From the NCBI GenBank assembly GCA_905178155.1, contig CAJINV010000007.1, forward strand, positions 2,027,151 through 2,091,150: 64,000 nucleotides of DNA, written 5' to 3'. The translations under genes were made by a program, and so were the position numbers. The stretch is from Amoebophrya sp. A120 (taxonomy: Eukaryota > Protista > Dinoflagellata). Of this stretch, positions 1-13,400 are shown piece by piece (position 1 is the first letter of the stretch; each line of letters opens with the position of its first letter). Under the pieces are notes generated by a model that was not told the origin of the DNA, ran no database searches, and was given only the letters and a program-made list of their open reading frames with translations.

Positions 1-3000
1 AGCGCGAGACGTAGCGTGCCTCCCCGTCGCGAAACCGCGCCCGCCACCGAAGCTTGTTCCGCTCCAGCTGCTCTACCATCGCGGAAAAGTTGCCGGAATC
101 AGCAGCCAGAGCAGCACCAGCACTGGACGTCGAGTAGGAAGTTGTACTAGAGATCCCCCGCGCCATGGGACTATCATTCGTCCACCCAACGCCAACATGC
201 TGATCAACTACATTCGTCTTGTTGTAAAAGGCCGACTCGAGCACGGCCGCTAGGTTCCACGTCTTGACCGTAGCGTTCAGGGGTCGCAGCAAAGCGGTCT
301 CCAAAGCGGAAAGCTTTGCCGTTTTGGGGTCGTCTGTCTCCGTGAACGGTTGCATCAGATCATTCGCCACACTTATCCACAAAAAGAGGCCCATCCATAT
401 CCATTTTCTGCATGATGTTGACCACATCAAACTACACGGGACTCTACTCTTTCTATGCATGCTTTGCATCACAAATTGTATGAGGTCGATGGGTCTCGGT
501 CTCCTTCCTTTATGGCTAAGATTGCAGCACGTGTTATCTCCGTCCACTTCGGGCGCCCGCGGCGGATTGCAGCATGCCATCCTTGTCTCCAAGGAGCGCA
601 AGCTTGTGGCTCGTCCTCGCGGCAGGACTTCTTCTAAACCTGCGTCCGATGCTGGACGTGGTGAAACCTGCATGATCGGGCTGGTGGAAGATGATGCGGC
701 TGGTGGTGGCGGTGCTGCGCCGGATAATATTCCTGTCTGTGGTGCTGTACTACTACTACTACTACTACTACTACTAGAGAAGACTTGCGCGGCAGCATGA
801 GAAGGGTCGACGTCGCGACCCTTCGAGCCGCTCGAAGTAGATTGTGGCTCTAGCACAACAACTACATCTTCAACTTTTGTTTTTCTCGTGGTCGTGGGGG
901 TAGTTGCAGCACTAGTGTCGTGTGCTGCGCCGACGACGGGGTCCGCGTGGCCTTGATCGTCTTTCAAATTTGAAGCAAAAGCGACTTTGTGTAGTTCTAG
1001 GCCTAGTTCTTGGTCTTCATCCACCGAAACCCCGTCATCTTCTGCTTTTTTAGCAGCGACCAAGACGACGGCACGTCGTGGGAAGTCAGCACTACACCAA
1101 CCTCCGAGAAGTTGTTGCTGCCCTAGTTCTTGTCCGTGCAGATACTTTATTCCCTATAACGGCAAAATTGGTATTCGTATTCAAAAATCGCAAAAATTTT
1201 TCCCCCCGCCCAGCTCACTAGTGCAGACGCCCCCGCCTGCGGTGCCTGTTCTTCCGCCTCCGGTTTAAAGCCCTCGACGGCCGCGCTCCGCCTCTCGGTG
1301 TTTGAGGAAGCCGCCAAGGGGTGGTGACCGATAGCGCAATGACTGGCCCGATCTTGTGGCGGCGCTGGAGAGCCGAAAACGGGTCGCGCCTGGCTTGGGG
1401 GTTTTTGACGGGCTGCAGCTGTCTCGCGGCTTGTCCGTGTCAGCTGCTCTCGGCGTGGCTACACCGCCGGCAGATGGGTCCTGCACCTGCGGAAAATTTA
1501 GTGCCGACGAATCCAACGCACCATATGGGGCATTACCTGGCCCCTAGATTCTCGGGGCGCCCTACGGGCACCACGCCCACCACTCAGCTGCGCCGTGGAG
1601 GCGAAGTGGCCTAGAAATGCGCTGCGGCCTCCGCCTACGAAAGTGCCTCTTTGGATTCTTGGCCAGGAAGCAACATCTGTGGCCGCCGCCAAGCGTTCAG
1701 AGGAAGCGGAGCATTTGCAGCAGCCGGTCTCGCGGACCGGCAAATTTGATGACTCGGGGAAAGGATTTTTGCCCTTCCGGATGCCGAGCAAAAAACGCCG
1801 GCTTTTTTTGAATACCAAAGTCAAACACGGTGTGAAATTGGTATTCACGGGAAATTCCGACTTTGGTATTCAGCGACATTTGACCCCCCTCTCTTGGGGG
1901 CAATCTTGGGCAGCTGAATACCAAAGTTGCGCGGAAGAAAATCCGTCCGAGGTCTCCGTTTCCTGTGAACGCTTGGCCGCGGCCACAGATATTGCTTCCG
2001 CGCCAAAAATGCAAAGAGGCACTTTCGTAGGCGAAGGCCTCAGCGCCTGTCTGCGCCAGCTCTTCTCCGCGGCGCAGCTGATGGGGGTGGTGCAGGTAGG
2101 GTGGCCCGGGAATCTGGGAGCCAGGTAATGCCCCACAGGACGCGCTGGGTTCGTCGGCACTAAATTTTCGAGAGGTGCGCGACCCATGTGCCGGCGGTGC
2201 AGCTACGCCGAAAGCAGTTGACACAGACAAGCCACGAGGCACCTGCCAGCCGACAAAAAGCCTTCAGGCGCGCGCGCACCATTTTCGGCTATCCAGCGCC
2301 GCCACGAGCTCGGGCTAGTGCTTGCGCTATCGATCGCCACCCCGCGGCGGCTTCCTCAAACACTGAGAGGCACAGCGCGTCGCTCGAGGGCGTTAAGCTG
2401 GAGGCGGCAGAACAGGCACCGCAGGCGGAGGCGTCTGCACTAGTGAACTGTGCGGGGGGAAAGTTTTTTGCTATTTTCGAATACGAATACCAATTTTGCA
2501 GTTATATTCCCTGTAAAGTAATCATCCCCATCCAAAAATTTGTCATGCAAGGCATGGTGTGTGAAGTTCTGTTTTTGTTATGCAAAAAGTGATGGATCAT
2601 GGGGATGGTAAGAAGTTTTCCGGGAATAACCTCTGACGACGAGGTGCTCCACCACGAGGTCGAGGACGAATACCACCTACATCTCCAACAAGAATAGACC
2701 ACGAATATCAATATTAAAACACAAGAAATTATTATCTTCCAAGCAGGAACAACCGCAACCCTGATAAAGATCACGGGGATTGTCGTTTTTCTTGAGGATG
2801 CAGTTGTGGAAGTAGCTTTTAGGATTTTGAACATCATTTTTAGATTTCGTTTTATTCCCGCCCACGACCTCTCCTTCTTGTAGTCGATGTCCATCTTCGT
2901 CTTCCTGGAAGAAGTCAGGGTCACCAGACTGATGTTCTTATTTTTCCGAGAGAGAAGTCGTGTGCAGGGGGAGAACTTGTTCATCCGAGGTAGAAGAAAT

Positions 3001-3149
3001 CGTGTGCACGGGGGGGAGATGTTGCTGGTCGTCGAGGTCGGCGTGCTGGTCCTAGGCTTTCTGCTTGAAGATATCATTGCTCTCCTCGTCCTTGTCGTCC
3101 TTTTAATATCATCGGCGGGCTCCACCTTCTGGCATAGAATCTGAGTCAT
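1..3149 (-). CDS. Hypothetical single-pass membrane protein, multi-exon, 3' end outside the window
   Basis: ORF 3149-2631 (hydrophobic IIISCVLILIFVVY) joins in frame to an open frame at 1144->1 (YLHGQELGQQQ...) after removing about 1145-2630 (GT..AG compatible). A second IR intron lies at 374-518. Confidence 0.55.
374..518. mobile_element. Introner-like IR intron (degenerate)
   Basis: tatccacaaaaagaggcccatc ... gatgggtctc..ctttatggcta imperfect inverted ends. Flanks AATCT/AGTGT on the coding strand. Element+5 = 150 nt keeps the frame. Confidence 0.55.
1148..2628. mobile_element. Introner (CATCCCCAT family) hosting a nested foldback element
   Basis: With 1155-2511 removed, the ends read tattccc..catccccat / atggggatg..gggaata. 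The same subterminal motif occurs in 19516-19656. Confidence 0.7.
1155..2506. mobile_element. 1352-bp foldback/MITE-like palindromic element
   Basis: Ends tataacggcaaaattggtattcgtattc / gaatacgaataccaattttgcagttata. Arms at about 1155-1710 and 1954-2506 are reverse complements along their whole length. Exact 5-bp duplication ttccc at 1150-1154 and 2507-2511. Confidence 0.9.
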
Positions 3150-4405
3150 CGCTTCGTGACTGTTCTTCCTGAGATTTACAAATTAGCCGGCGCGCAAAGG
3201 TAGACGACCTCCTTCTTGACGAAAATACATAGACGTATCTTCTTGCCGAAATGCAAATACAACAAGCATCCTTCGTTCATATCCACTACCTGCACCTGTT
3301 GTTACTAATATGGAGAGGAAGGAACTAACACCACAATCCACCTCCGTTTTGTAAAGCGATCTTCAATTATCTTTTGACTTGAGATTGTAAATCAAAAAAG
3401 AAAACGGCAACTAGTGGAAGTGGTCGTGCCTTGCGGCGCATACGTGATCGAACGAGAAGCAAGGCAACAGGAACAAAGATAACAATAACACAGCTGCTCC
3501 AGAAAATAAACATGAGCTCGCGCTGTGGGGCCGTAAAAAGAATAACCTAAAGAGGCTTCTCTTCTTACCGATTTATCTCGGAGAGTAGAACAAGATCATC
3601 CACTTCCAGACTTTCTAGCTTGTCTTTCAAAAGAGTCAAAAACAAGTACTCTCTCACACACCAGGAGCAGCCGCCACGTGTTTGCAGCGCAGCAGAAAGA
3701 GCAATAGATCCTCGACATTAGTCAACGTTTTTGAAAACGAGAAGTGCCTAACGAATGTCGGAAAAGAAAAATTCGATCATCATCATCCTCCACATCAGCA
3801 ACGACTGTGACGAAGAACCAACAGAACACCTTCTCACGTACTTAACCAGGAGCGGCAGACTGAGATCATCCCTTTGGGTAAGCACCAGTGGCACCACTTC
3901 GCTCCGTCAGCTGCATGGCAGAAGAACCATGAGAGCAGGAAATCACCTAAAGCAATACCTTTGTCCTCGCCTCTATCTGAATACTTTTCCCCGAAATATA
4001 AATATAACACCCTCTTTTTTTTTGTTTCTTGCACAGACGCCCACGTCGCTGCAGTCAACCTGGTACTGTCTGTGACGAGCGAAGGCTTCGCTCGTCACAG
4101 ACGAAGGGCTTCAAGCGCTGGAAGAACCAGGAAGAAAACAAGCGAAAAACAACATCACTCACTTTAATTCTATATGTTTATGTGCCTTTACTGCAAGTAT
4201 CTTCAAAGCAAGTAATTATCTTCCTGAGTTGCATTGCAGCTGCCTGACGCGGCAGTCGACGCAGCGTCCCACAAATCCACCCATGAGGGTTCTTCTCGAG
4301 GAGGTGAAGATTCTAGCAGTAGTAGAAATGAAGAAATATTAGGAGCTAGTAGTGATCGCATGATGATCTTCTCCCGCCTCGTTTGTCTACTTCCATCGCT
4401 TGACT

Positions 4406-7400
4406 TCAGATCTTGAAGGGAGATAGGGGCTTTTTCATAGATCGCAACCGCTTCTGCATCCACGCAACTTCGTCCAGGCCTGGAAATAGTCGCTGCATGT
4501 CGTCCAGCCGAAATTTCTTTCCCTTACTCGGCCTGGTATCGCAGAACTCCCCGAGTAGAAAGTGACAAAGCGCAGATTTGTACACGTCCGTCGCTCGCTT
4601 GCTGGAAAACAGCTCCAAAGAATTTACCGTTCGCTCTACTGCTCGTGGTCCACCCGTGTCGTCGTGGTACAGCTGGTGGCCGCCGATGGTGGTAGTAGAC
4701 CACTGCTGCTGGTTTTTATTCTTGCCACCAAATGCTACAACGTGCGTAGCTGCCGTTTTGGAACTCATTCGCCGAAGCCTGGCGAAAATCTGTTTTGTCG
4801 CGGGATCCTTCAAAAGATCCTCGAATTTTCGGAGCTGTGACTGTAACACGTAGAGGGTATGGCACGTGTACCACATTCCGTGCAAGGAGCCAACGAAATG
4901 GTCGTGGATGCGCGGCACGACAATGCTTTGCAGAAAGCTCGCAACCCTCTCTGCCGCTTCGAGGCTGGAAATTGCGTAAATGGCCATGGCCAGCATCATG
5001 TCCTCATCATTTAACTCAGCGTTAGACGTTGAGGAGAAAGGGGACAGCTCCTGGATTTGGTTAACGACCTGTTGCAGCCCGAATACCGTGGCTTGTGTCA
5101 GCCGGCAAACCGCGCGGAAGGGCTGCTCGAGCATGACTCTCTGAAGCTCGGTGTCCGGCACGTCGTGGCCAAACTGCCTCCCGCCGGGGAGAGCTTCGTA
5201 CTCAAGCATATACTTCGACGAATTCTTTCCTGTTGGAAAAGATTTGCGCGGCTGCTCGGTACTCGTGTGTTGATGGCCAGCACTACTACCCCCAGCTACC
5301 TGTGGCAGCGCAGCGACCGCGCGGTGCAAACAGGCGACGAGTGTGGTCAGCATTTCGATTTGAAGGCCCACCACGTGCTGGCCCTCCGGCTCCTGCGGAG
5401 ATAGAGATAGATGTTGGGGCTCTTCTTGCTGCTGTTGCTTCACCTCGTCCTCGACCTGCTCTTGCGCACTATCGTACCGCACTGCGGCGGCTCGTCCGGC
5501 CCCCGCTGTCAAATCCAAACACGAGCCGAAAAGGACCGTAAAACGGTCCACGTCTGTCTTGTAGGGACCACGACCAACACCACCACGACGATAATTGCCA
5601 GGAGAAGAATTCCTAGCAGCCCATGGTGGTAAAGACGTAGTTCTGAAGGAAGTACTCACTTCAACATCTTGCCGCGCTCGTGCAAGATCATCAACCCCTG
5701 CGATCATCCGGAGATGTTGACCAACACCAACTGCCTTCTCGAAGTGTTGCAACCCCTTCCGGCACCACTCGTAACACTCCTGCTGCTCTTTCTCGGGAAA
5801 ATTTTTTGTCGGCGGATTTACAGTACTGGCACCAGCACCTCCACCAGCTGCTCCCGATGATGAACTGCCTCCTCCCATCGTTCGCAAGTAGTCTCGGACT
5901 ACAGCAAAACACGCCCGGCTACAGTACACCTCTTTCCACCAGGTCGCAGAAGGACTCGGAGGGCGGGGCACGGCAGAGGAAGGTTTTTTATGTTCTCGTT
6001 GTGCAGCTATTTGCGACGACGTGTTTATTTTCGACGAGGATGTCGTCTGGTTGTCTTCACCTAGTACGGGTAGTGAATGACTGCTGTTCAGGAAGGGGGC
6101 GTAGAATTCTTGGGGATACACTCTGGCGTACCGTGCCTGCAGGTTGGTTACGGAGCTCTTTTCCAGCACGAATCGCTGCTGCTCGTACAGCATATGCATT
6201 GCAAAAGCATCGTATACTGGCGCGTTGGATCGAAAAATGATTTTGCTCAGCATATTGAAAAATAAAATTTGGAATGCGGATAATTTGCCGCATAAAAAGA
6301 TCAAGATTTGTAGCTGCGGATGGCTGCGATTAGAACGAGGAACACGATACTTTTGCACAGGATACAGAATCTGGAAGTACAATGAGTTGTATTCTTGACC
6401 CGCGACTTCAAGGAGACGCTTCGCGTTCTCCGCCGCTTCCCGATACAGGTCCACAATCACCTGCTTGTCGTAGCGAAGATGAGGAGGCGCTCCTGCATTT
6501 TTATTTGATGTTGTTCCCTCCGCGGCTCGAGCTAAAAACCGCGCGGTCTGAAAGGGGAGCCAGTAGGAGAGAAAGCGCGCGGTCGCGGGGGGAAGCAGCG
6601 GGAGTGGCAGGGCAGCGTACTGGTCGTCTTTCAGGACCGAGAGAAATCCAACCCGAAACGTGTTCTCCGGGTCGCAGCACGCCAGAAACTTACGCATGCC
6701 TTTAGTACTATATGCCTGCTGCAGGAGCCCGCTGGTGGACTTGGAGGTGGAGGAGGATGACGAGATCATAATATTCGTTGAAGACGCCACTTCTTGTGCA
6801 CTCGACGTCGTACTAGTTGTCATGGGCTCGATTTGACTGCCCCCGCAGTGCACCAGAAAATGCGTGAGTCGGCAGAGCAAAACGTGAATCAAAGACGTAA
6901 CTTTAGTAATAGCTGACTCGACCTCGTCCACACCGGACACTGCGGACGGCGCACTTTTCGCCGGCACTGCACTCGCAGACAATGAGCTGGTCCTGTGCGA
7001 AGATGAAAGACTTGTTGTCTTTGACTTCCTCCACCCGCGCTGCTCATGCTCCACGAGCAGCAGGCCCAAGAGGTCGAGGCTCGCGTGAAACCATTTCGAA
7101 ACAACACTGGGCAACAGGGTCGTCGATGCTCCGAGTTGCAAAGCGGTGGTCGAGTTCGTTGTGATCGTGGTTCCGACTACTCCCGCGGCCGCACCATAAT
7201 GTGGTGGTCCTCCTTTTTTACCCCCGGCGGCGGGCGCCTGCGTCTGCTGCTGGGCCAGCGCCTTGCTCAATTTTCGCATTTCCGCGCGGCACCGCTGTTG
7301 CGCATCGTGGACCAACCACAGACTCAGGGAGACTGCCTGCAAGAGACACTGCTGCTGAAAATTACTGACCCCCGCCGCTTCTTCATCGTGCTTGACGTTG

Positions 7401-10400
7401 TTACTACTTTTCATGCGGCCTTGGTTGGGGTTTTGCTTATTTTCCTTTTCTTTGTCTTTGTGCTGTTTCAACATCTCTTTTTCCCCCGCCGCGGCCACAT
7501 TTTTGCTCCTTCCGTCCGCCGATGCACCTCGTCCAGCTGCACCTGTGGTGCCGCTAGTATTAAGGACGTCGTCAGCATCATCATGATGCTCCAATTTACT
7601 AATGAATCGTTCCCAGAACTCCGCGCCACAGTGTTTCCGGAAAGCCGCCTCGACTAGGCTGCAAGTTCTTCGTTCGGAAGTACCACTAGTTGTACCTCGC
7701 GAGGTGGAGGTGGACGCTGGAGATTTAGTGTCTTCCACCACGTAAGTAGGGTGAGCGAAGTCGAAGTCATCAACAACGCGCGTCGAAGTCCTTTCTACGC
7801 TTCGCAGGTACAGGCAGGCGAAGCTTTCGAACACCACCTGCCAGCTCCGGAACCCCTGCCCAGCGGTCGCCGACAGAACAGTAATATCCTGAGAAAAAAG
7901 AAAAACTGTCGCAGTCTTCAATTGTAATGCACAACTTCCTTGAGACAGTTCGTTGTCATGCTCGACATGCAATCGTCTTTTATATTGTCTGACGCATGAT
8001 CTTTCACAGATTGTTTGATACTTCGCAAATTCATTCTATTGCTGACCCTGCAGAGTTGGCTTGATACTGAGACAGTTTTTTCTTGCGATAGATGTCCGGT
8101 AGACTGTACAGAATGTGGTACACACTGTTGCGCAACACGCTGACTTCATCCTCCGCAGGAGCTACCTTATTGTTGTTGTTCGCCGTCGTGCACATAGATG
8201 AATGTAGTCCCACCACCCTGGTCGATGAAGAATATTCCCCGAAAATTTGCAAGCATTTCCATCCACTTTTTTTATTTTTTGCATGAGCATGACTAACATA
8301 ACCGCGACTTTGATATTAGCTTTCTTTCCTCCATTCCCATTGCTGATTTTTGCATGACATCAGACACAAGTGGTCGCAAATTGGATGGAATGAATGTGAA
8401 AAAGTTTTCAGGGCGTAAAGAAATTCCCCCACCTCCAAACAGCACCGCGCCCGTGTTGCTGCGCTGCTGCATGAGGAGCGACGTCGCAGAGTGCAGGTTG
8501 TCGTTGACTCCTTCCAAAGCCGCACGGAGCAGCTGCCGCAATTCAGGAATCATGTTGATGACTGGTTCCTGCGGATGGAGTTTCTGCATCAGCTGATCCA
8601 AGAGCTCCCCTTGCTTGCGCGCGAAGCTGTCCAGCTGCCGGCAAAATTCCAGATCATCAAACGACGCAGAACTAGTACTAGCAACAGGAGCTGCAGCAGT
8701 AGCTGCACTAGTACTTCCACCATGTGTACTAGGAGCAGTCAAGCCTCCGGTACTAGCAGAAGTCCCAGAAGATGAACCAAGGACCTCCGTCAGCTTCAAC
8801 TCTTTCTCCACTGACAGAATGGCGTCGGCGAACTTCGCGTGCAGTTCCACCGTGTCTTTGTCAAGCGGATGCAGCCGCCCCAGCACGTAGTCTTGTTCCG
8901 CGCCGGCACTGATAGTGTGGCAAATCCAGTCCTTTTGCACGTGGGTGCTGTGTATCCTATTCAAAAGTATCGTATTTTTTCCATGCGCAATTCAAATTCT
9001 TGCAAGCCTGCATATACAAATTCAAATAAATCGCTTTCATCCTGAGAACAATTTCCGTCACAAATTTGTCCATTTCTCACGCTGAGGAAACTACACTTAG
9101 TCATGCAAAATAAAAGAGTTGCTATTGCTAAGTACGTAGAACGATACTTTATTTGCGATGCATACTGTCCCACTGGAATATTTTCCCCATTGGCGTGAGC
9201 AGGTCTACGCCGACCAGGGCCTTTATTTTGACCAGTTCCCGGTGCAGGTCAAAGCCTCCGTGCTGGAAAAACTTCTTGAACAGAAACTTCGGGAACGCCA
9301 GGGGCAGAAACAAGCGGACATACTGCTTGTGCGGCTTGGCGCGGTTGGACTCCTTGGTGAAGGACTTGGTCGCGTCCAGCACGAATGCCTCCTCATTCGG
9401 TGCGGAAAAAAAGCTCAGCCCGAACACCTTCAGGCTGTAGATGGGGAGCACGGAAGCAAAATACGTGCTGCTGACAAAAGGTTGATGTTGATCTTCATTT
9501 TCATTAGTTTTACTTTTACTAACTTCCTGATTTTTATGTCCAGGAAGCAGCGCGAATTCAGTTTTGGCGGTCGTGTTGTTGTTCGAGGTCGCATATGGTT
9601 GTACAACTACTGAATCGCGGCCTCCTGCGCGTCCGCGTCGAAGGTCAAACGCGTTCAACTGCTTAAGCGCGGAGAGGGTCAAGCTTAAAATGTGGTTCGG
9701 CACCTTGCCCGCCTCCTCGTACAAATGCTGGCTCCAGACCTTCTGCCCACTGTAGTCCAGACTCCAAAGCGCGGCTGGCGAGGAAAACAAGCGACAATCC
9801 GCGAGCGAAAGCAGGCGGCCGGTGGGGGAGAAAGAAGAAGAGGTGGTCGTAGGGGCTTCGTAGTTGGGATGAACAACCATAGCCGATGAAGAAGAAGATA
9901 TGACCCCCGGTTCTCCTGGTGAACAAGTAGATGATACCAATTCCCGGTACCAAGAGAGTGGCTCACTCTCGCCGCCAAACCACGCGGCCAGACACCGAGC
10001 CGCGAGCGTCGCGACGAGGGTGCTAATTTCCTGGTCCAAGGCAGATTTGACAACATCCGGGTCGCGCGGGTCCGAGCTGTTATTATTTCCTGCACCACCT
10101 CCCACTGCTCCAACGGTTCTTTTTTCCAGCTGGTACTCTCTCCGAAATTTCCGCGTGAAGGTGCACTCGATGCGGAGAACGGCCGTGAGCAGCAAATGCG
10201 TAAACGAGCAGTAGTTGAACACCGTTTTCTGCGTTATCTTCAGGCTGTATCCTGAGGAAAAACGTCGTTGCTCCCATTCCGAAGTTGTCCAGAGGGGTAT
10301 TTTTTTTGCAACACAAATCTTCTACTTCTTCCACAACCTTTAAGTTTATTCGGAGCCACACATGACAAAAACAGATCTGGTTCTGGTGTTCTACCTATCG

Positions 10401-13400
10401 TGTGGTAATGCAGGATAGCAATGACACCGAGCAATCTGGTGCTTATTGACCGACGATCCTGGCTAATACGACATCATTACGAATGCCATCAAAACATCAC
10501 GACGAGGAATGCTTCTGTCGCCCTCGCCTCAAAGTCAGGGAAAGTGCGCATTACTTAGCAACATTCCAAATGTTTCAGTTTCTGATGTGAATGCAAATTT
10601 GTGTGACAACTCTGATGGACGGGGGGGTGCTGGAGACGTTTTTAGAAAGGATAGGCTGTTCAGTTTTTCTTTCCGTGTCGTTGTTGTGTGCGCCCCTGCC
10701 CCTGCTGGAAGGACCCTCTGGGCGGTTGGTGGTCCCATCAAGGACATGAAAGCGCACAACTCCTCCCCCTCCCCGCCTAATCTATCTGTATGGCACGACC
10801 GGCAACACAAGCAGTGGCACATCAAATCCAAATGTGGGCGTCGCATGACAAATCCACGCACGGAGTGTAGTGCGGTGTGGGCTTCGAGAGATGTGGTTCC
10901 AAAAACAGTTGAGTGGGTTTGGTCGCATTCATTTTACATGATAAATGAGGGGAAGGGGGACAAGCTGTGCACTCTCATAAAGGACGCCGTCGCCGGGTTG
11001 TTCGCGGTGGCCGTTGAAGAAGAACCACTAGTAGGCTTGTTAGTCGTAATATTGCCAGCAGGAGCTGCTCCAGCACTGTCCAGCAAAACCTCATCCAACA
11101 GCATGTCATTCTCCTGTTTTTCCAGGTGTTCTATCGCCGTTTTGTTCACCAGCGTGGTGTCCTCCACGTCAAACAGCTCGGGAAACAGCTGCTTCTCGAA
11201 GAAAGCCTTGTCGGCGAGCAAGCCCCGGTGCTGCTGCGACTTCTTGCGCAGTTGCTGCTGCACCTGCTGGTTGCTTAGTCCGGCGTAGGTCGTGCTGATC
11301 AGTAAGCTTGTTGCAGCGCCGGAGGTTGCGACTGTTGATGATGTACTGCCGGACTTAGAAACAGCTGTCCCTGTTGCAGCACCAGCCCCTGCTCCGGGAT
11401 AAGAAGTACTGCCATCCAGACTGAACAAAAGCTCATACACGCTGAAGGGCCACCTGAGGGACTCGACCTGCAGCGAGCTCCGCTTGAACTGGAAACAGAC
11501 CTCGTGGTGCATCGCATGCAACGATTGGAGCAGGTGGGAGAGGCTAGCCAGGTACGCACGCGCGTGCGCAGAAATGAGATTTTCACCTTTGTCCTTTGGA
11601 TGTGCAGCACTACCAGTTGTGCCCGCGGAAGTGGTCCCCGACGAGGACGACGTTTTTGCACTAGTATTTCCGACATTGATTTTCTGTTTCTCTACTCCGC
11701 TCCTGCTCGGGGAGCTGCCAGGTGCTGCTCCTACGATTGCAGCCAGAAGTCCGCCAAACAACGGCGCACACGGGGAGACTTTATTTCCAACAAGCGTGAA
11801 TAAGTTCGAATCATTTTTCCCCCTGTCGACTGGAGGTGCAGCTGGTGCTGATGTTGCACCCGTGGGAAATAGTAAGTTCGAACTCCCACCTGAAGACGCC
11901 GGAGCTCCTACATTCGCTCCGACACGCCAAGGCGCACCACCAGCAGCTCCAAGAGCGCCAGGTCCAACTGCCGTCCGAGTTGTAGAAGCATCAGCCACCC
12001 CCGTCCCGCCTGTGGGAGTCGATGAAACAAGCCCAGTCACATCCACGCTGTGCTTGACCAGACACATCAGCGCGACACTGCACAGTGGCGCCAAAAACCT
12101 GCGCTCGTCCGGGGCCTTCAGGAAGCTGGCGAGGAGAAGGATCAGTGCGTAATTCAACTTGGACAGCATCCCGTCTTCGGCAGAGGAGGCTAGAATCGCG
12201 CTGGAGCTGCCGTTCGACGTCGACGTTGCTAAACCAGCGCCAAGATGAACGACGTCGCCTACGAGGACCCTTCCCCCACCCATCAGGTTCCTGCCCCCCT
12301 GCTCTGGCAGCGGTGCCTCGTCATGCAGGAGCACGCGCAGAATCTTGGCGACTTCCAGGTAGCTGGCGGCGTTCGCAACCAGGTAGGGGTCTTCCCGTTC
12401 CTGCCGGCTCAGATTGTCCAGCGCAACTCTCTCCACGCTCTCATACTGCTTCACAGCAAAAGTGCCGAGTACGTCCGCCGCCTTGGCCCATATTTTCGAC
12501 AAGTTTTTCGCTTGATAAGTGGGACCGCCGCCAACTACACCCACACTCGCTTGAGCTCCTGTGCCTCCTGGTGCGGGAGCGGCGGTGGCGGGGTGTACTA
12601 GTGTGTCTTTGTTACTACTGTTCCCAATAAAATTCGCGGCAATAGCGGACACGATGCCGCCCTTGCTAGGCGTATTTGTCTTCGTGTTTGTTCTGGACAT
12701 AAAGTCCGGCAGAATTTTCTGCGTGAAAAAGTCATCGGCCGCGAACGGATCTTCCAGGAGCCAACCAGGAGTCGCGCATGGGCTGGCAATAGTGATTTTC
12801 TGAACAATTGGTGTTGGTTTGTTCGGTAGGAAAATTCCGCTGGAGCTGCTGGCACTGGCAAAATTTGTCGCCGCCGGTGCCATCAGGCCACTATTCTTGA
12901 TTTCCAGCTTCGTCGCGCTATTCTTCTCGCTGTGCTTCTTCGCAACGAAATCCCACACACTGGTCCGGAACAAGCTCGGCGCGAGATGTTCCGAGAAGCG
13001 ACAGAATTTCTGCAGGATTCTGAAGACACGCAGAAGCTGGTCTTGCAGAGACATCGCAAAAGTAGACTCGAAAAGGCCCCCGGCAGAGGAATCGCCGGCA
13101 GCTGGGTGCTGTTGCTGCTGGTGCTGCCCTCCTCGTGCTCGTATTTTCTTCTCCGCGACCAGAGCGTCGTGCTTCTCCGCCAGGTGAATCAAACTCCGAA
13201 AACCACGATCGTGCTCCAAAAAGAATACCCCCTTCGCAAAGTACGCGTCGCACAGGGGCTGAAGCAGGAGACAAAACTGGTACAGAAGGGAACCCGGAGA
13301 GTCGGACTGGCGCAGCATCTTCATTCCCCGCACAGGATAATTTTCTGCTTCCTGCTCGTGGTTGTGCAACAGGTCTCGGCCCGTTTCGTAGGCTTCTATC

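Noticed and set aside
748-776. (TAC)n run and frequent ACTAGT/AGTACT palindromes
   Set aside because: Explained by AGT/ACT codons in Ser/Thr-rich low-complexity coding sequence.
1265-2592. Overlapping ORFs of 100-180 aa with mutually similar peptides
   Set aside because: They are translations of the two arms of the GC-rich palindrome. No transposase or other domain motif is present.
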